Source of the DNA: Vezdaea acicularis
Lineage: Eukaryota
Direction: 5' to 3'
Assembly (NCBI GenBank): GCA_026025075.1
Contig: JAPEUI010000068.1
Coordinates: 1-64,000, forward strand
DNA: 64,000 bases
Shown: positions 24,401-36,071 of the stretch, in pieces
Position numbering within the stretch: position 1 is the stretch's first letter
Layout of the letters: each line of letters starts with the position of its first letter
The notes under the pieces: generated by a model
What the model saw: the letters and a program-made list of their open reading frames with translations, nothing else
Database searches by the model: none
Told to the model about the DNA's origin: nothing
Translations under genes and position numbers: made by a program

Positions 24401-26668
24401 GCGGACGGCGGGCACAAGGATATCGTTGAGCTGCTGCTTGCAAAAGGGGCAGATCTGGAGGGAGGGGAGGATTGGTTCTTGGGGACGGCGCTGGGCCAGG
24501 CGGCGGGCAAAGGGAATAAGGATATCGTCGAGCTGCTGCTTGCAAAGGGGACAGATCTGGAGGGAGGCGAGAATAGTCACTTTGGGACGGCGCTAGGCCA
24601 GGCGGCACGCGGCGGGCACAAGGATATTGTCGAGCTGCTGCTTGCACAAGGGGCAGACCTGGAGGGAGGGAAGAATAGCTCTCTTGGGACGGCGCTGGGC
24701 CAGGTGGCGGGCAAAGGGAATAAGGATATCGTCGAGCTGCTGCTTGCAAAGGGGGCAGACGTGGAGGGAGGGAAGAATGGCTACAGCGGGACTGCGCTGA
24801 GTGAGGCGGCGGGCGGCGGGTACACAGATATCGTCGAGCTGCTGCTTGCAAAGGGAGCAGACCTGGAGGGAGGGAAGAATAGCTTCGTTGGGACGGCGCT
24901 GGGCAAAGCGGTACGCGGCGGGCACAAGGATATCGTCGAGCTGCTGCTTGCAAAAGGGGCAGATCTGGAGGGAGGGGAGAATAGCCACTTTGGGATGGCG
25001 CTGGGCCAGGCGGCGGGCAGCGGGCACACAGATATTGTCGAGCTGCTGCTTGCAAAGGGCCCAGATCTGGAGGGAGGGGAGAATAGCAACTTTGGAACTG
25101 CGCTGGGCCGGGCAGCGGGTAGAGGGCACACAGATATCGTCGAGCTGCTGCTTGCAAAAGGGGCAGATCTGGAGGGAGGAAAGAATGGCTACAGCGGGAC
25201 TGCGCTGGGCCAGGCAGCGGGCGGCGGGTACACAGATATCGTCGAGCTGCTGCTTGCAAAAGGGGCAGATCTGGAGGGAGGGAAGAGTAATTACGGTGGA
25301 ACTGCGCTGGGCCAGGCGGCGGGCAAAGGGCACACAGATATCGTCGAGCTGCTGCTTGCAAAAGGGGCAGATCTGGAGGAAGGGAAGAATAGTCGCTACG
25401 GGACAGCGCTGGGCCAGGCGGTGGGCAGCAGGCACACAGATATCGTCGAGCTGCTGCTTGCAAAGGGGGCAGATCTGGAAGGAGGGAAGAATAGCGACTT
25501 TGGGACTGCGCTGCGCCAGGCGGCGAGCAGAGGGTACACAGATATTGTCGAGCTGCTGCTTGCAAAGGGGGCAAATCTGGAGGGAGGGAGGGATAGCTCT
25601 TATGTGACGGCGCTAGGCCAGGCGGCGCGCGGCGGGCACAAGGATATCGTCGAGCTGCTGCTTGCAAAGGGGGCAGATCTGGAGGGAGGGAGGGATAGCT
25701 CTTATGGGACGGCGCTAGGCCAGGCGGCGCGCGGCGGGCACAAAGATATCGTTGAGCTGCTGCTTGCAAAGGGGGCAGATCTGGAGGGAGGGAAGAATAG
25801 CGACTTTGGGACGGCGCTAGGCCAGGCGGCGGGCGGCGGGCACAAGGATATTGTCGAGCTGCTGCTTGCAAAAGGGGCAGATCTGGAAGGAGGGGAGAAT
25901 AGTCACTTTGGGACGGCGCTGGGCCAGGCGGCGCGCGGCAGACGCAAGGCTATCGTCGAGCTGCTGCTTGCAAAAGGGGCAGACCTGGAGGGAGGGAAGA
26001 ACAGCTCTAAAGGGACTGCGCTGGGTCGGGCGGCGGGCAAAGGGTATAAAGATATCGTCGAGCTGCTGCTTGCAAAGGGGGCAGATCTAGAGGGAGGGAA
26101 GAATAGTTCTAAGGGGACTGCGCTGGGCCAGGCTGCGGGCAGCAGGCACACAGATATCGTCGAGCTGCTGCTTGCGAAAGGGGCAGACCTGGAGGGGGGA
26201 CACAATAGCTACGCTGGGACAGCGCTGGGCCGGGCGGCATATTGCGGGCATCAGGATGTTGTCGAGCTGCTACTGAAAAAAGGGGCAAATGTTGAAGGAG
26301 GGAATCATGGCTGGGGCGGGACAGCACTGGCCTTTGCAGCAGGCAGGGGCCACAAGAATGTCGTCGAGCTGTTGCTAGCAAACGAGGCAGACATCGAGGG
26401 AGAGAATAATGGCACAAACAGAACGGCACTGTGCTGGGCAGCAAGTGGGGGGCACAGAGAGGTCGTCGAGCTGCTGCTGGCAAACGGGGCAGACCTAAAG
26501 AGAAAGGAGGATACAATGGGGAGGACAGTGCTAGACAAAGCTGCAGGCGGTGGGCATGTGGCGATCGTCGAGCTACTGGTGGCAAAAATGGCAGACATCA
26601 AGAGAGATAGAAGAGGCATAATGGCATTGGACTTGGCGGTACTGGACGGACACAAAGCGATCTCCTAG
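21406..26668 (+). CDS. fungal NLR-like protein: helical N-terminal domain + NACHT + ankyrin repeats, ~1662 aa, 6 exons
   Basis: Exons 21406-21810, 21866-22085, 22141-22545, 22605-22629, 22679-23299, 23356-26668 (4989 nt, in frame); N-terminal DP.HAALPWAAVRFLLQ; Walker A WLHGIPGSGKS; Walker B IVVDALDEC; GMFLWV; FAHLSVREFL; 24 ANK units. Confidence 0.93.
24215..26662 (+). repeat. coding tandem repeat, 24 x 102 bp ankyrin units (first ~20 near-identical)
   Basis: GATATYGTCGAGCTGCTGCTTGCAAARGGGGCAGATCTGGAGGGAGG recurs every 102 bp (24215, 24317, ...). Confidence 0.97.
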
Positions 26669-26892
26669 CTACTATTTACTCAATGGATTTATCAACTCCC
26701 CGCTGCATCATCCGAGAGTCAGCTTGCTCATATCCCAACGAAAGTGCTAACATGTCTGAAGTACAATCTCGCGCAAGTATAGTTGTTTAGGATAGAGATG
26801 ATACCAATCGGCAAAAAGACACTGTTCTTTGGTGAAAGGATTAGTCCCTTGCAGTATTCGACACAGAATCCTGTGTTGACGGGCACGGTAAC

Positions 26893-27076
26893 TAAACTAA
26901 AAATTGATGGCAAATAAACGGGGGTTCTCCCATGGCTGAATGCTACTCAATCAGAAGCATAAAACGGGAGTTCCCCCATAGCTAAATTCTACTCAATCGA
27001 AGGCACAAGTTGGGAATTCCCCTATAGCAAGCTGATGGGGAACGCGCCCATCATTTGCTCATGTGCCATCAATTTT
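26893..27076 (+). mobile_element. MITE-like element copy B with 13-bp terminal inverted repeats and 2.5 x 46-bp tandem subunits
   Basis: AAAATTGATGGCA (26900-26912) / TGCCATCAATTTT (27064-27076); subunits at 26916, 26962 and 27008; internal hairpin TGATGGG-N7-CCCATCA; no obvious target-site duplication. Confidence 0.7.
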
Positions 27077-27526
27077 GTCCACCGCTTCGGAGCCCCCCTC
27101 GCCCCCAAGTCACCGATTGGGCGATTTTGTGACATGGAGCGGGATATGAATGTTTCCTGTTGATGCTGCCTAATTTACGCGAATCATTCATTCACTTTTC
27201 CGGAGGGGAGGGCAGTCCGATAACTCTAGCCGTTATAAATGCATCGCGGCATGAAGCAATCGAGTCATTACTTTGTCCCAGAAATTTATGCTAAGTAGGA
27301 GCACCGAAGCATGCAAACGACAGAAATCATAAACAAAGACTTCTTCTGTCACTCTCTTTCAGCTTTGATAAGCTAAACCCATCGCCGGGTACCCATCCTC
27401 ATCCTCAATTAGCAGCTTCATTTGTTAGAGAGCATCTGATAGCTATTAGGAGCAAAGGATTTTCAAGTGAGTTCATCAAATATATATTTGGTGCCTTGAA
27501 TAGGACTTTTAAGATATATTTTCAGA

Positions 27527-27727
27527 ATGTGTCAGCGTTCAATCTCAGTGACAACCTTTAGTGGCTGCCCTGCATCATGCAACGTAACGACAAGCTTTGT
27601 GGTAAAGTGTTCGCAGGCCTTAACTACGGGAGTAGAGTGCGCAAATCCAAAGATTCAACATATGGGTCAAACTAGAAGCCGTGCTCATTGCCCTGTTCAC
27701 AGAGACGAGGGATACTCTGGACGTTGA
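27527..27727 (+). CDS. small Cys-rich protein, 66 aa (MC-start, putative zinc-binding microprotein)
   Basis: 6 Cys plus CPVH; preceded by a plausible 5'-UTR intron GTGAGT (27467)...TTTCAG (27525) ending one base before the ATG. Confidence 0.6.
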   Translation: MCQRSISVTTFSGCPASCNVTTSFVVKCSQALTTGVECANPKIQHMGQTRSRAHCPVHRDEGYSGR

Positions 27728-27913
27728 AGCTTTATCGACTTTTTGGGCATCAGCAGCGGTCACAGGGTTCAAGGCTTAGGTCCTTGTACTTTACCTTACA
27801 GGGGTGGTGAAAGCCGAATGGTCATGGACTGTGTGTCTTGGGAGTTGGAAGTATGGCCAGGGAATTCTTAGAGTTCTCTTCAAGCAAATTCTTGTTCCGA
27901 TCCCCCATTAGCA

Positions 27914-28984
27914 CTATTTGAAGGTACAATGAATCTTGATCTCACATGATAGTTTCTCCTCTATGACTTGAATGAGATGGTATATTTCTTGAGCAGTAGC
28001 AACGTGACAATGCCAGCATCGTTCGATTATTTCTCCGCATACTATACCGGCCACGTTGGGGAATTTATTGGCCTTGTAAAGCTCTTCGACTTTGTCATTT
28101 GGCAAATCATGGAAAGGAGCTCGGCCTGTCATGATATTGTAGATTGTGGATCCAAAACTGTATAAATCTTGTTGGATTGTTGGCGGGCTGCGCCAGTTAA
28201 AGTCAGGAGAAGTAAATCTTGCCCCAGCACATGCTGATGGTTGCGATCCCTCAAGAGAAGAGCCACCGAAATCCGCAATTTTGAGGCCAAGATCTGTATC
28301 TAGCAGGAAGTTCTTGGGCTCTACATCGCAATGGATCACATCTGCTGAATGCAGCAGCTGTAGTCCTTCGGCTGCCTCACGTATCCACTGCAGTCGTTGC
28401 TTTGTAGATATCTTGTTGTTATTTTCACGGAGATAATCGTCAAGGCAGCCATTCGGCATGTAATCCATTGTTAGAACGCAGTCTTTGGAATCCCAGTTGA
28501 TTATCTTCACCAGGCGGGGATGTGATCCTAGTTTCCCATATATTTTGCTCTCGGTCGTTAGATCTCTGCGGCAATCTGCAGCTCGAAGGCCAGGCCATGG
28601 CGATTTGACCACGTCGCCTGAGGGCAAGCGCTCCACAAGCCCTGAAGTCCCACCAGATATCATCTCACCCTTTCCGGCAATAACGAGATGTTCGAATTTG
28701 CCTTCGCGTGCAGGCTCTTCAGAGCTAGTAACAACGCGGTCCTAGATATTTTAGTACAACTATAATTCATCGAATGCACGAGACGGATGACAATATGAGC
28801 TTACGTGTTGTCTAGCAGAGACGTCGGGACAGTTTCCATTATCCTGCTCAGTAGCAGTCTTTTCCCGTCCACCACCCGGCAACCATTGTCTGACACCAGA
28901 AATACACGCAAGAAACTTTGAAGGCCAACGCCACATCAAAAGCCACACCGACCAACAAACAGATTGAGGTATGAAGGTGGACAT
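27914..28984 (-). CDS. protein kinase, non-RD fungal lineage-expanded type
   Basis: ISGGTSGLV, VVK, E in helix C, HCDVEPKN, DFGG, DLYSFG; probable exon 1 28984-28805 and exon 2 28741-27914 (start uncertain). Confidence 0.85.
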
Positions 28985-29150
28985 GGTTGGTGCTCATGCT
29001 TTGGGGCTTATTTTCCTCTAGGCGCATCGAGCTTCGCAAGATTTAGGCGAAGCCATTCAAGTAGCCAATCATGCAGTGGTGGCTGGGGCGGGGGGAGCGC
29101 TTAGGATATAGCCAATATATAGCGAATTTCCCAATGAAATTGCATATTCC

Positions 29151-29245
29151 GGGCTTGTGGTTTAGTGGTATAATACCCCCTTAGCATTGTTGATCGCAAC
29201 GACTGTAAATGGGGGTGGTCCGGGGTTCGATTCCCCGCGAGTCCA
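29151..29245 (+). tRNA. tRNA-Ala(AGC) with 23-nt intron (29187-29209)
   Basis: Acceptor stem GGGCTTG/CGAGTCC+A with G3:U70 Ala identity pair; D arm TAGTGGTA; anticodon stem CCCCC/GGGGG with loop TTAGCA^T; T loop GGTTCGATT; T-run terminator at ~29248. Confidence 0.97.
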
Positions 29246-29519
29246 TCTTTTTATTGGCTACATTCCAATATTCGATTTATCCGACCAGGCAATAGAGCTT
29301 TCTTACCTTTTTGTGAGCGCCCCTTTGTCGGGCGTGATGATGGCAACGTCTTTGGAGCTTGTTGGAACAGAGCCCCACTCCAACGCGAAAGTTAAAGACC
29401 TAGACTTCAAAGATCTCTTGGCAAGAAACTGCGGTCAAAATCTTGAAATTCTTGAGTAATGCATCCACTGAGGTAAACAGACCAGTTTCACGCAATCGCC
29501 TTCATACAGACAGATAGCA

Positions 29520-31173
29520 ATGGCGGCTTTCGCTGAAGCAGGTTGCAAGATCTGATCTACCTGCCCCAAAAAGCTCGCTAATAGTCCCCACGGGATAGCT
29601 CCGTATGTCACCTCTGACAAGTCTTCATTCGCATATTTCTCCGCTAGAGATAGGTGGCCTATAATTCTTGTAAGCGGTGTATACCTGACTGAGAATGAAT
29701 TAATCGAAGCTGATCGTCGCCAGACCAGCGCTATTGATGACGTCCATCGATCCATATCAAACGCATCCGATCCGGTATATCAGGCAGAAGGTAAAGCTAT
29801 TGTCGAGCAGCTAGCAAAACTCAAGTACGATGTTCAGCACGACCGTCCCTTGACGTGAGTATCTCGACAATGCTTCCACAAGAATGGCCTAACATCTAGA
29901 AGACCTATTCCAGACGACGGAGAAGCGGATATAGCCGGATACAACCAGGAGCTCAAACAGTTAGGGACGCCAACATGGTTCAATGTGCCATGGCTCTTCT
30001 CAGAGTGCTACCTCTATCGACGCCTGCATTCAATCTTTACCCTTTCTAATTCGTGGAAGAGTTATGACGTTTTTTACAAGCAGAAAATGTCAACTTTTAA
30101 GTCATCACGGGCTGCCGTAATCGAGCTCGCCGCAAGATACAAGCTACTTGACTCCCAGCTGGATGCTGTGAAGGATGATATGCAAACCCAAAAGTCCATG
30201 GAAGAGAAGAAGGAGGCAGAGAGGCTCTTGTTTATCGAGATGTGCGAAATATGCCTTTGGGGCAACGCCACGGATCTCTCTTTACTCACATCCTTAACCT
30301 ACGAGGACATTCAGAAGTTACAAGGCTCAAAAGCGCGCAAGGAGCAAGAGAAGAACATCATTGTCAACGATCTGCCAAAAGCGTACGAGATCTTAAAGAC
30401 GGCCAAGGACAGAAGACAGGCAAGTCGACAAGTAGATATCATTCTCGACAATGCTGGATTTGAGCTGTATGTCGATCTGATACTTGCTGGGTATCTTCTG
30501 GCATCAGGGCTTGCAACCCACATCATACTGCATCCCAAATCCATTCCGTGGTTTGTATCGGACGTCTTGCCCGCAGACTTCGCAGCGCTGTTAAACGTTA
30601 TGCAAAACCCACAGGCTTTCTTCACCACCCCGTCAGATGACGATAAGCATACTGGAACGACACCATCGCCCTTGTCTCAAGATGAAGTTGATCTTTTCTC
30701 TTTCCTCTTTGAGAGTTGGTCTAAACTTCACCAGGAGGGGAAATTGATCATTCGGCCTAACCGGTTCTGGACGCAAGGGTGCAGTTACTGGAGCCTGCCG
30801 CAGGCCGACCCAGATCTTTTTTCGGACCTTAAAGATGCTGAACTTTGTATCTTCAAGGGAGACCTAAACTATCGCAAGCTGACAAAAGATGTAAGCCCCT
30901 CATATTGCTTTCCCCAGCCCCGGGCTAAGTCTCGTGTAGGCAATGTGGGATCCCACTACTCCTTTCGCTGCCGCTATTGGTCCACTTGGTCCAGGATCAG
31001 GTATTCGCTCAATAGCTCTTCGAACCTGCAAGGCCGATGTGGTGGTTGGCCTTCCTCAGGGAGAAGATGAGAGACTCAGAGCCATGGAGGGAGGCGGTGG
31101 GGATAGTGGTGCGCGTAAATGGGCTTGGAGCGGCAAATGGGCCGTTGTCGAGTTCTGCGATGGAAAAGCGTGA
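29520..31173 (+). CDS. damage-control phosphatase, DUF89/ARMT1-like (yeast YMR027W type), multi-exon
   Basis: SFAY.SARDRWP.IL, PWLFSECYLYRR, LWGNATDLS, LDNAGFEL, PWFVSD, FKGDLNYRKL, LRTCKADVVVG. Confidence 0.92.
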
Positions 31174-32061
31174 AGCGAAACGCGGACTACGTCGGAGCAC
31201 GAGCTGGCGATGAGAAGCTAGATACATTACCTTAAGATATAGAATATATTTCGATCGGTAAATAGGGAAGGTCGCATATGTATCAGCTGACAGAGACTTT
31301 CTTGTGGATAAGCAGGCGGGTGGTAATTCTGGCGCATAAGTCCACGCAGCCCTACAGAAGCACCTTTCCAAGTTGCTCCACCTGTTGAATTACAATGCAC
31401 TGTCCGTATGTTGGTTGGGCAACGGGGCCATACCTCCGAGCTATATGGAATGTACGCCAAGTCTGGCGATCGATAAGTTGGAATGTGGTATGGAACGTTC
31501 ACCACTGCACTGTGCTCTATTTGGATTAGGCTCTCGGGTGGCGTGGAAATTCCGCGGTCCCAGCTACCGAATCCTGGCCGCAGGGCCTGCTGATCGCTTG
31601 GCGCATGTTCAACCTCCCCAAAAAAATACCCCACCAAACACCAGCCACGTGCATTTACAGGACGTCCCCTTCTTGTATAAGCCAACGAGATGACTATTCA
31701 TGAAACCATGGTTATCGATCTTGGTCTTATCCTTTGGAACGACATTTCTCACCCTCCTCGAGGACCTACAATCGTCTTCAGCAGATGCCATTTAACATTG
31801 TTAGTGAAGAGGACGTTCGAGACAACCCCTCCATGAAGATCTTCACTGCGACACGGCCCGGATAATCAAGTGCGACCTTGAAGGCCAAGTTTCGCAGCTG
31901 TCGCTTCTCGAGCGCGTCACCATAGAGGGCCGAAATTCTAACCGGCCTCCTGTAGCTGCAGATTTTGAAAGGAAGAAGGAGCAGCAGCGGATTTGGATGG
32001 AAAAGCAAGAGCGACCCATCGATTCTGCTTCTTGACACCACTTTGAAGATACAAGCTCGCC

Positions 32062-33630
32062 ATGTTTTCACGGCTCCGCTCCACGGCCATCTCCCTACCT
32101 CAACCTCTATACTCCTCAGAGGGCCCATTCCGAGATTGTTCGATTGCCAATTCGGCTGAACTGCGACCAGATCTCACAAATGTCGAAGATCACTTTCGTG
32201 AATTAGATCTCTCTGACCCGCCATCTGCTCGCGACAATCCAAATCTATCTTTAAATTACCTAGACAGCACTTCCAAGACTTCACATCGTTCTCCGACGGA
32301 TTACAATTCAGATTCAATCTCAGATAATCCGTGGCGCCATCAATCTACCTACGAGGGTCCTTCGCCTCCGGCACCCACGCTTCGAAGATACTCACAGCTG
32401 TCATATCACCGTTCACTGTCACAGGACAGCACAAACTTCATGCCTACCTTCACAGGAGAAAATGAGGGGAGGGTCAAAGTTGAGAATAAGAATGGGAAAT
32501 TGAGTAGTTGGTTCAGTGGCACGTCAGACCCAGTCAGCATTGGAATGCCGGTTCGAGAGGTCGAAATCCTCGAAACCACGAAAATAAGATCCCCTACAAG
32601 TTCACCAAACAAGCTTCAAAAGAGATCTCCTGTGGAAGGAAGGTCTCCAGCGGCTTCAGTGAGCCGCTTTTCGTTCTTTGCTGCAAAGGGACCTTCGACC
32701 CCTTCATTGCCTGCAACTTCAGATGAGTTCATCAACATGGATATACGCGCTAGTCTAGAGTCTCTCCCCTCAAGTAACCCGAATACATCAGCCAACGACA
32801 TCCTCTCAAATGCTGAGGCCCTACTGTCTCGCATGCAGGCAGCTTATAAAGCTCAAGCAGCCTCTCTACGAGAACTAAGAGCAGAGAAGGAGGCGCAAGA
32901 TGAGGAGATGGAAGAAGTCCAAACCCGCGTACGACACCTGAAATTGCAGCTCCAGGAAATGGCCGAACGCTCCACCGTCCAAGAGCAAGCTATGAACGAA
33001 ATGGCTGAAGAGCTGGCCCTCGAGCGGCAGCGCCGCCGAGACGAGGAAGAGGCCCGGAAACGCAGTATCGCCCTCATTAAGAGTCCGCCCGTCACATACT
33101 CCGAAGAGGATGACAATTTCGTGGCGAGACAGGCTGCTCGAGACAGTGGGATCACTATGGCCAGTGATTCTGGCCTTGAGTCTGAAGGGGAGAGTTCAGC
33201 AGACAGTGTGTTCTCGAGAACACACGGCAACGTATCTCCTGCTAGTACGATGTTCTCTTCAGCCGCAAGTTCCAACTCGCCAGACGGTTATCAGGTTTAT
33301 CAACACTCCCTCAACTCCTCACCACAGATAAACGGATCCTACCATACTACGCAACGAAATCTAACTAGTCGCCCTCCACCCCCACAAAGACCGTCAACCT
33401 TCCAGAAAGTTCTCAGGGGGCTATCTACTACCAGTCTTCATGAAGGCCACGACGAAGGCGAGACGATAGAGAATGAAAACGGCTGTTCCAACTGTTGCGG
33501 CGCCAGTCCATCTGCAACCTGGAATATCGTCGGGAGTCTGCGACATGAGAACAAAGAGCTGAAAGATCGTGTTGTTGGTCTCGAGGCCGCAGTCGAGGGA
33601 TGTTTGAACCTAGTCAGTGGGATACAGTAA
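32062..33630 (+). CDS. hypothetical Ser/Pro-rich coiled-coil protein, 522 aa
   Basis: Long intronless ORF with heptad-rich central segment and C-terminal CxxC plus coiled coil (LRHENKELKDRVVGLE.AVEGCL). Confidence 0.8.
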   Translation: MFSRLRSTAISLPQPLYSSEGPFRDCSIANSAELRPDLTNVEDHFRELDLSDPPSARDNPNLSLNYLDSTSKTSHRSPTDYNSDSISDNPWRHQSTYEGPSPPAPTLRRYSQLSYHRSLSQDSTNFMPTFTGENEGRVKVENKNGKLSSWFSGTSDPVSIGMPVREVEILETTKIRSPTSSPNKLQKRSPVEGRSPAASVSRFSFFAAKGPSTPSLPATSDEFINMDIRASLESLPSSNPNTSANDILSNAEALLSRMQAAYKAQAASLRELRAEKEAQDEEMEEVQTRVRHLKLQLQEMAERSTVQEQAMNEMAEELALERQRRRDEEEARKRSIALIKSPPVTYSEEDDNFVARQAARDSGITMASDSGLESEGESSADSVFSRTHGNVSPASTMFSSAASSNSPDGYQVYQHSLNSSPQINGSYHTTQRNLTSRPPPPQRPSTFQKVLRGLSTTSLHEGHDEGETIENENGCSNCCGASPSATWNIVGSLRHENKELKDRVVGLEAAVEGCLNLVSGIQ

Positions 33631-34307
33631 TGGATCGACTTGAGTTTTTAAATTGAAAATGCCAGGCTGGAGTTTTCATGGAACTGGGTGGGACGGGCGC
33701 TGGGGTGCGTGGGGCTGGGATCGTAATAAGGGGTGTATATTGGTGCGGATGGGGATTTAAGGGGGAGTTTTTATACTTGTTATATCATAGAATATAGATA
33801 GAATCTCAATATAATCACCATCTCTATGGAACTTGCGGAGTTGAACGATGTGCACTTTGAAACAGGTCGTTCCATTTTTGACTGGATGCGCAGGGGGGTG
33901 ATGGCGTTATCAGAAGTTCAGAACCGAACCTACCTCGTCAACCTTAGTTTCAAAGAACATTCTCTAGCCCACAGAGAGCTTTCTAACTTTATATACCCTG
34001 CACTAGGTGTGTGCACCAATGATTCTCACAGGCAACGATTATGAGAATTTTCCGGCCTAGACCCCGGGAGGATGATGGCCATATTGAAGAGCAGGTATCT
34101 AAAGGCAAATTCAACATCACGCATAATTTCTCAAAGTCTTCACCCACTTTCCAGACCTTTATTTCTATCATGACAAACAATGAGTATAGGCTGACACACG
34201 CCGCTCTAGCATCTAACATCCGCATCTACCTAGTCCAGCGGTCGAATAAGCCAAGAAGAAACGATAAAAGTCTGATCTATACATGACGCATCTTAACATA
34301 ACACACC

Positions 34308-35660
34308 TTAACCCATACCTCTAAGATTTCCATACACAGCGAAGTTCCACAGCTTTGCAATGATGTTGCAGATGAAAGCTAGTGAAGCCAGCGGGGCGAT
34401 GATCTGGGTTAACTCCCACCAGTGGGCCAGCTTTACATTGGTCTCGATGTACCCGGCGCTTTGCGATGAAACAGCCTTCTCTAGAACTTCTTCCTCTTTC
34501 GTGTCGTACTCTGACGGAAATCTATCGTGCGTCAGGAAATATTCTATCAACTCGTCTTTCTCTAGCCATCTTTTGTGTAGCCACTTCTCAAACGCTTTGG
34601 AGTCGTCAAGGGGTATCGAAGAGATGGGGAAGCGTCGCCAGTACAAATTCACTGACTTTGGCGGTCTTCCCTGGAAGTATGTCGACCGCAGTGTGAATAA
34701 GTTTTCTCCGTATTGGCCCCTTGGAATGCCTTCGTATGCAATTGTACAGTCGTACACCCAGTCAATGCTACCCTGTAGCTCCTGAAGGCAGGTGAACAGC
34801 CCAGTGCTCCTTGGTAGCAGCAAGTGCCGCATGTCAGGCGTGCCTGATTTTTCCGCCCACGCAGCGCTTTTTGAGCGTCCATTCTTGCCAAGGTTTGTAC
34901 CCTCGGGGAAGATGAGGAGCCACATCGGGTCAAGCACTCTCTTCCCGCTTGTGAGACTTCTTGAGCTACGCGTCTTTAGCCTAAGTAGAGCTTTCGACAA
35001 GATTTTCTGATCTTTCGCCCATTTGCGAGTTAGAAAGATGAATTCGTAAAACATCATCCCAGGACCGAGGATTGGGATGAGACGCAAAGTGTCCTTTAAA
35101 ATAATATATATGTATCCATGCATCCTACTCGTGTATGCGCTCCACCACATGTACACCCAATCCGTATATATTTGATGATTGGCCATAAAAACTATCCTGG
35201 CCGGGAAGTCTGTCTCGAGCCTTCCATCTGCCGTTCTATGGAGCTGCCCCCTTATACTGTCGTCGCCACTGACTCTTATAACTGTGGGAGACCACCATTG
35301 AGTGCCTGTCACCAACAATAAGCCGAAATTTTGCTTTGTGAGGGCAAGTGCTGCGTGATAAATATCCCTGTCAATGAAGTACAATGGTGTAGCGAGAATC
35401 TGTGTGGTGAGGGTACTATACGCCCATCAGCTTTGTTCAATAGTGGCTGGAGCTTGGTTCGCATGAGGAGCTTACATGCAACATATACCCAAGAAATATG
35501 TCAAGAAAAGGAAAAAGCGTAGAAGCTGTTTAGGGCCGCCATGTTTGATCCTCCCAGCCGGATGTGGCTCCGGAAGCTTTCCGCTTAGACCTCCACCAAG
35601 CTTTGAGTCCAGCGATGGGGCTTTCAAAGAAACATTCCTCTTCATGCTCGTGGTATCCAT
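34308..35660 (-). CDS. lysophospholipid acyltransferase (PlsC family, CST26/YDR018C-like), 2 exons
   Basis: NHQIYTDW (HX4D), FIFL.RKW..D, IFPEGTN, LLPRSTGL; intron starting GTAAGC at 35475. Confidence 0.9.
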
Positions 35661-36071
35661 CTATTAAGAGTGGCTTGATAGCAGTGAGGCTGATATAATT
35701 GTGAATAATTCCGGGGACCAACGCGCCAAGCAAGTCGCGTGCTTATCTCGTACCGCAAAACACCTTGCCTTAGTTTCGAGGTTGCCTGAGTCCCTCTGCA
35801 CAGCGTATTGTACTACCCCCCAAGGTCAAGTTGACATATCAAAATGTTCTGCAGCTGGAGTAGGAGCATGGCTCTTGTTGAAATGTGTGTTGAGTCAGGC
35901 CGAGTTGAAGGCTGGAGTCTGCCTTGGCTATCGATAATGGAGAGCTCGAAGTGGGTGATCCTACAGGGGATAGCGGAGCGGGTCGGAGAAAGGGTATTGC
36001 CGACGGCTTTCTCCGTAACGATGTAGCATCAACAAAATACCATATTCGTCTAGAACACCACAATCCACGCT

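Noticed and set aside
24156..26655. Long alternative-frame and antisense ORFs (e.g. 532 aa at 24273-25871)
   Set aside because: Shadows of the GC-rich 102-bp ankyrin repeat
3000..29100. Starship or other autonomous mobile element
   Set aside because: No tyrosine recombinase (DUF3435), transposase or reverse transcriptase is recognisable in the window
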